A stretch of 64,000 nt of DNA. Source: Eledone cirrhosa. Its lineage: Eukaryota. The notes below the pieces were generated by a model, which did not search any database, was not told where the DNA came from, and saw nothing but the letters and a program-made list of their open reading frames with translations. Shown here piece by piece: positions 58,591 to 64,000 of the stretch. Numbering within the stretch: position 1 is the first letter of the stretch; each line of letters opens with the position of its first letter. The position numbers were made by a program, and so were the translations under genes. The stretch covers positions 432,512,001-432,576,000 of the forward strand of contig OZ024740.1 in NCBI GenBank assembly GCA_964016885.1, in the 5' to 3' direction.

Positions 58591-59725
58591 CATCATCATC
58601 ATTTTACGTCCGCTTTTCCCTTCTTGCAAGGGTGGAACGGGTCTTATTCAGCACAGCATCTCTCCACTCGTCACGGTCCCTCGTCATCTCCACCGTGAGC
58701 TTCAATGATCTGAGGTCTGTTCTCACCACCTCCGCCCATGTTTTTCGTGGTCTACCTGTACCATGTCTTCCTTCAACTGGCAATTCCTGGCACTTCTTCA
58801 CCCATCGGTCATCCTCCATGCGCATCACATGTCCATACCACCTCAGTCTCCTCTCCCGTACACTACATTCTATCCCTCTCAGACACAGTTTCTCTCTCAA
58901 CACATTTATGCTGGGTCATTCACGCACGTTTACACTGCACATCCAACGGAGCATGCTTGCCTCATTTCTCTCCAGCCGTCGCATATCCTCTGCAGTTGCT
59001 GCCCATGTCTCACTACCATGCGGCATCACGCTCCTCACACAGGCATCACACAACCGACCTTTCGTACGCAGGGAGAAACCCTTCTTCGTCAACAGAGGAA
59101 GCAGCTCCCTAAACTTCTTCCAACCCGTCCTTATTCTAGATACTATGGCCTCGGAACGCCCTCCTCCCATGCTAATCTGATCTCCTAGGTACCGGAAGCT
59201 ATCCACCACTTCTATAGCGCCCTCTTGCATTTGAAAAATGTGTCTATCAGTGCGACTTCTACTGTCTAATTTCCCTGTACATCTACTGCATACATATTTT
59301 TCCCTACCTGTTAGTTTGCCTGCTATCCCGCTACATCTCTTGTGTACCCAGGATCTGCATTGTGTGCATTTTATAGAATTTATGCCAGTTCCTTTTCTGC
59401 ATATCGAACATGGCCATTTCCCTGACGGAATCAGGGTTTTGTCCTCTTTTCTACTCAACACTTTTGTCTTTGCTAGATTCACTCTCAGTCCTCTTGCTTC
59501 CAACTGCTGTTTCCATAGCCAGAATTTATTCTCTAGCTCCTCTACTGATTCTGCTATAAGAACCAGATCGTCAGCATAGAGAAGTTCCCATGGACAGCCA
59601 GTCTTAAACTCCTCTGTTATGGCTTGGAGGACTATAATGAACAAGAGCGGGCTGAGGACCGAACTCTGATGTACTCCTACTTGTATCTGGAATTCCTCAC
59701 TAAACTCCATTCCTACCCTGACTTT
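58591..59725 (-). mobile_element. 5'-truncated RTE family B copy nested in an older RTE
   Basis: Closely matches 18597-19709; LYADD; (TGA)n tail. Confidence 0.92.
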
Positions 59726-60287
59726 CCTACTTACTAAAACTTTAGTCACTGCTCAGTATATTTTGAAGCTCTTTGATTCCAGATTTCTAGAGCTCCAAAA
59801 CACTTAAGTCCTGATCAGTTATTAACCTTCATCAAAGTCCAGATGAAGTTGTCACTGAAGAACTGTTTCAAGCTAATGGGATGATACTGCACTCTGTCCT
59901 AGGTTTCATCCAGCAATATTCTTCAACAGCTCCCTAATGAATTGATCCTTCTTTCTATTTATTCTATGTTGATTTTCCCATGCTAGCATAATTTGTATAG
60001 GTTGTTACAGGCCAAATCAGTAATTAATAGGAGCTACTGCCTTCCTTGGCAGGTCGGATGACCATGTTTCACACAAATATGTTCCATTTATGACATGGTT
60101 TCTAGAGCCTGATGCTCTTCCTAATGCCAACACTTTTACAGAGTATACTAGGTGAATTTTATCATGGCACCAGCATTAGAGAGGTTGTTGTATCCTTGAA
60201 GCAACAGAAGTGCCCTCTCTACTCTTTTGGCATGCTTTCTATGGTTAAGTACTCTTCCTAATGCCAACCACTTTACATTATATGCTG

Positions 60288-60472
60288 GCGGTGGATTGGC
60301 AGTATCGATAGTGCCAGACACCATGCTTTGCAGTACAAAAAATGGCCCTTTACATTCTGAGTTCAAATCCCACCGAGGTTAACTTTGCCTTTTATCCTTA
60401 CGGGGTCGATAAAATAAAGTACCAGTGATGCACTGGGATAATTGCTGGCCTTGTGCCTAAAGTAGAAATAAT
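60288..60472 (+). mobile_element. tRNA-derived SINE, same family as 57594
   Basis: High similarity over full length; a decayed inverted copy lies at about 60975-61170. Confidence 0.8.
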
Positions 60473-61207
60473 TGTTGTGCATTTTATCATGCCATCAGCA
60501 TGGTTTCTAAGGCCAACTACTTACGAGTGTATTTGGTATGTTTCCCCTACTCTGTTAACATTCTAGGACATCATCTTAGACTGAGGTAAGCGTGGCCACC
60601 TTATTCCAAGAGTGGTATTGGGAATAGAGAGGGGCCAAAGGTGGGCTTAAGTATATGGTTATGAGCGGTGGGCAAGACAAGACTCATGTTGGTTGTTGGA
60701 AGTAAGACTATAATGATGGTCTCTGCTCCACTGAAGTAGCTACAGCATACCTTCTTCACACTTCTTACCTGGCTTCCTTCCACCACCTTTATTGTCTTGT
60801 ATCATAGGCTTCATACTAAACACTTGACCCAATCCTTCTGCCATAAACTGCACCCCTCTACTATTTCTTCTGTTCCCTACTGACACCAAAATCTATAAAT
60901 ATTGAAGTTGAAAATCAACTACATGGAAGGGCCTGTTATACACATAAATACTACCTATCACCATCTGGCCAGGGGAAAGTCAATTAAGTTGACCCTATTC
61001 TGTTACTGGTATTTAATTTTATCGACCTCTTTACTTGGAAGTTAAAACAACGATGATGATGATGTAAGGATGAAAGGCAAAGCTAACTTCAACAGGATTT
61101 GAACTCAGAACACAAAGGGACGTAACTAAATACCGTAAATCATGTTACTTGACACTCTACCAATTCTGGCAAGCTATTGTTCTTGTCTACCTTATAATAA
61201 AACAGTG

Positions 61208-62396
61208 ACATAGATTTTACATGTGGCCGGTGCTCTGGTGCAATAAGTAGCAGCAAGTGCCCACAAAATACTAGCTCCTTCAACTGCGCAGAGGGTTCTA
61301 TAGAAATAGTGGATAGCTTCCGTTACCTGGGTGACAAAATCAGCAGTGGGGGAGGGTGCTCTGAAAGTACAGTAGCTAGAGTCAGAACTGGATGGAAAAA
61401 GTTCAGAGAGCTTATACCACTATTAGCCGCTAGAAGGTTCTCCCTAAAAATGAAAGGCAGGTTATACGATGCCTGCATACGAACAGCAATGCTGCATGGC
61501 AGTGAGACCTGGGCATTGTGTGCAGAGGATATACGCAGACTAGAGAGGAACGAAGCTTGCATGCTCCGCTGGATGTGCAATAGTAATATACGTGAACGGC
61601 AAAGCATAAACGAACTAAGGAAAAAATTAGAAATAAGAGGGATCAGATGTTGTTTACTCGAGAGAAGGCTACGTTGGTACGGTCACGTGATGCGCATGAA
61701 AGACGACAGCTGTATAACAAAGTGCAGGGCAATAAAGATAGACGGTAGCCACGGAGTAGGCAGACCCAGAAAAACATGGGACGAGCTGATAAATTCCGAC
61801 CTCGTACGCTTACACCTCTCCAAGACAATGTCACTGGACCGAGACCTTTGGCGGTACTCAGTAATAGAGAAGACCCGCCTTACCTAAATACAAAGTAAAA
61901 ACCTACTACAGTCAGTAGGCATCTCTATCAAAACACCCCCCCCGTCCCACCACCTCCACCCCATCCACACCGCCCCTTTCAATGTACAGTTATGTTGGTC
62001 CCACAACATCCAGGCCGAAACAAATGAGATCGTGTAGGTGTCACGACAAAAAAACACACAGTCCACGCTGTAAATGTGGCCGTGTAGGCAACACGGTAAA
62101 AACCTCCCAGCCCCACACTGTAAATGTGGTTGGTGTTAGGAAGGGCATCCAGCTGTAGAAAACCCGCCAGACAGTCCACGCTGTAATGTGGCCGTGTAGG
62201 CAACACGGTAAAAACCTCCCAGCCCCACACTGTAAATGTGGTTGGTGTTAGGAAGGGCATCCAACTGTAGAAAACCCGCCAGACAGTCCTATGCGAGCAA
62301 GACAACCACTCTTGCCTCAAGTGGGAAAACCCCCGTCCAAACCCATGCAAGCGTGGAATACGGACGCTAAACCTGATGATGATGATGATGATGATG
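61208..62396 (+). mobile_element. 5'-truncated RTE family C copy with 113-bp tandem duplication in the 3'UTR
   Basis: Matches 46411-47473; stop 61885-61887; duplication 62058-62170 / 62171-62282. Confidence 0.92.
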
Positions 62397-62749
62397 ACAT
62401 AGTGCTGGAGAATTAGAGCAGAAATATTACAGACTATTTGATGACAGTAAAACAATTCAGGGGGATACAAAAAAACAAACAAAAACAAAAACCATTGAAA
62501 TAAAACATTTTCAGCAACCTTTATGCTTTAGTTTACCATTATTGTAATATTGTTTATTGTCTTATTTGGAATATTTTGGACACTGTGATGGTGGTAGTGA
62601 TGATGATGATACTGACAGTGGTGATTTCTTTTTTGATTTTTAAAAATATATTTTTGATATTTATTCTAAAACACAAAATTAAAGTTATGAAAAATTTATA
62701 CAATTTACTTTTACATTATTATAATATATAAAGTTGACTTTAACTTTTC

Positions 62750-63178
62750 GTACTCAACCCAATCCTTACCTATGCTCATCAATTTTAGGTAACGACTTGA
62801 AAGAATGTGATCATGAATACAAGCTGCCAAAATGGGGGTCCCTCTGAAGGGTCTTTGGAGTAAAGTTGATAGTGTGCAGCTCGGAGATCAGAGTTTCTCC
62901 AAGTAGAGCCACACTTTCTTTGAATTGAGAGATCAGTTAAAATGCCTCAGGAAAGTATCACTGGACAGATTTTACAGGCAAAACCAACTGGCAGGAGACC
63001 CAGAGGTAGACCCCGAGCAAGATGGTTGGATAACATCCATGAGCTTGGCTAGTCTTGCTTGGGGATCCAGCCAGATCAGTTGGAGATGTTTGCTTCTGAT
63101 AGGACTCACTGGAAGGAGTGTTTGAGGCTTTGCCCCCATGACCATCTCAGGAATAAGTGGGCGAAGAAGATGACGACT
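62750..63178 (+). mobile_element. Degraded RTE-clade 3' fragment (another family)
   Basis: PTGRRPRGRPRARWLDNI..DRTHW motif. Confidence 0.6.
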
Positions 63179-63719
63179 TTAATTTTCATCTTTTTAGAGT
63201 TGATAAAATAAATAGCAGTCAAGTACTTGTGTTGATATAATTCACAACACCCTCCTCGAAATGTGTATGTTCTTGAACCTCTTCTGTAGAAATCATCGTT
63301 ATAATATTTAAGTTCATGAATCTTTCATTAGTTTGTATGGGATTCATTATCATTATATGTCTGTTGTTCTACACTTACATGGGTTGGACGGGTCCTTCTC
63401 AGTACAGCATCTCTCCACTTGTCGCATTCCTTTGTCATCTTCTCTGTGAGCTTTAGCAATCAGCGATCAGCTCTCACCACTTCTATCTAGGTCTTCCTTG
63501 GTCTTCCCCTGCTGCGGCTTCTTTCCACTATTGTCCTCAAATAAAGATATCAAATTCAAATATTTTCAATTCTATAAAAACCTCCCCTGTATTGTTGATG
63601 TCTGAACCTTGTTGTATGAACCTGAAAACAATATTTTATCTACTTTATTCTATGAATTAGTTTGTTATAGATTATTTCACAGTAGCATTTAGATTTTATA
63701 TGTGATTTATTTGATTACA

Positions 63720-64000
63720 CATCATCATCATCATTTAACGTCTATCTTCCACGCTAGCATGGGTTTAGACGAGAATTGTCGCATTTGAGACAAGATTGGT
63801 CGTCTTGCTCGTATAGGACTGTCTGGAAGGTTTTCTACGGCTGGATGCCCTTCCTAATACCAACCACATTTACAGTGTGGACTGGGAAGTTTTTACTGTT
63901 TCCTACACAGCCACACCACAGCGTGGACTGTTTTTTTTTTGTTGTGACACACAACCTCATTTATTTTGGACTGGATGTTGTGGTACCAACAAAACTTTAC
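63720..64000 (-). mobile_element. 3'UTR end of RTE family C-type element
   Basis: (CAT)n then ctggatgcccttcctaataccaaccacatttacagtgtgg. Confidence 0.8.

Overview
Repeat-dominated eukaryotic DNA with no confidently identifiable host gene. The TA/TATG microsatellites, RTE and R4/Dong LINEs and tRNA-derived SINEs resemble a cephalopod (octopus-like) genome; the taxon is an inference. Positions 1-26 kb are a nest of kilobase-long (TA)n/(TATG)n tracts. The tracts are interleaved with five copies of a ~610-bp non-autonomous RTE derivative (element A), 5'-truncated RTE LINEs, two head-to-tail (TAA)n-flanked R4/Dong retrotransposons (one full length with a single frameshift) and two ~256-bp-arm palindromes carrying hammerhead-like motifs (Penelope-like ends). 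Positions 28949-42766 are a 13.8-kb array of a 42-bp unit (~329 copies). It has recurrent variant positions and multi-kb higher-order duplications, and is bracketed on the minus strand by a splice acceptor and donor. Positions 43-64 kb hold a near full-length APE-RT RTE LINE with a PHD-type finger inside the RT region, further LINE/SINE fragments, a third inverted structure and small minisatellites. Most long ORFs in the track are translations of simple or tandem repeats.
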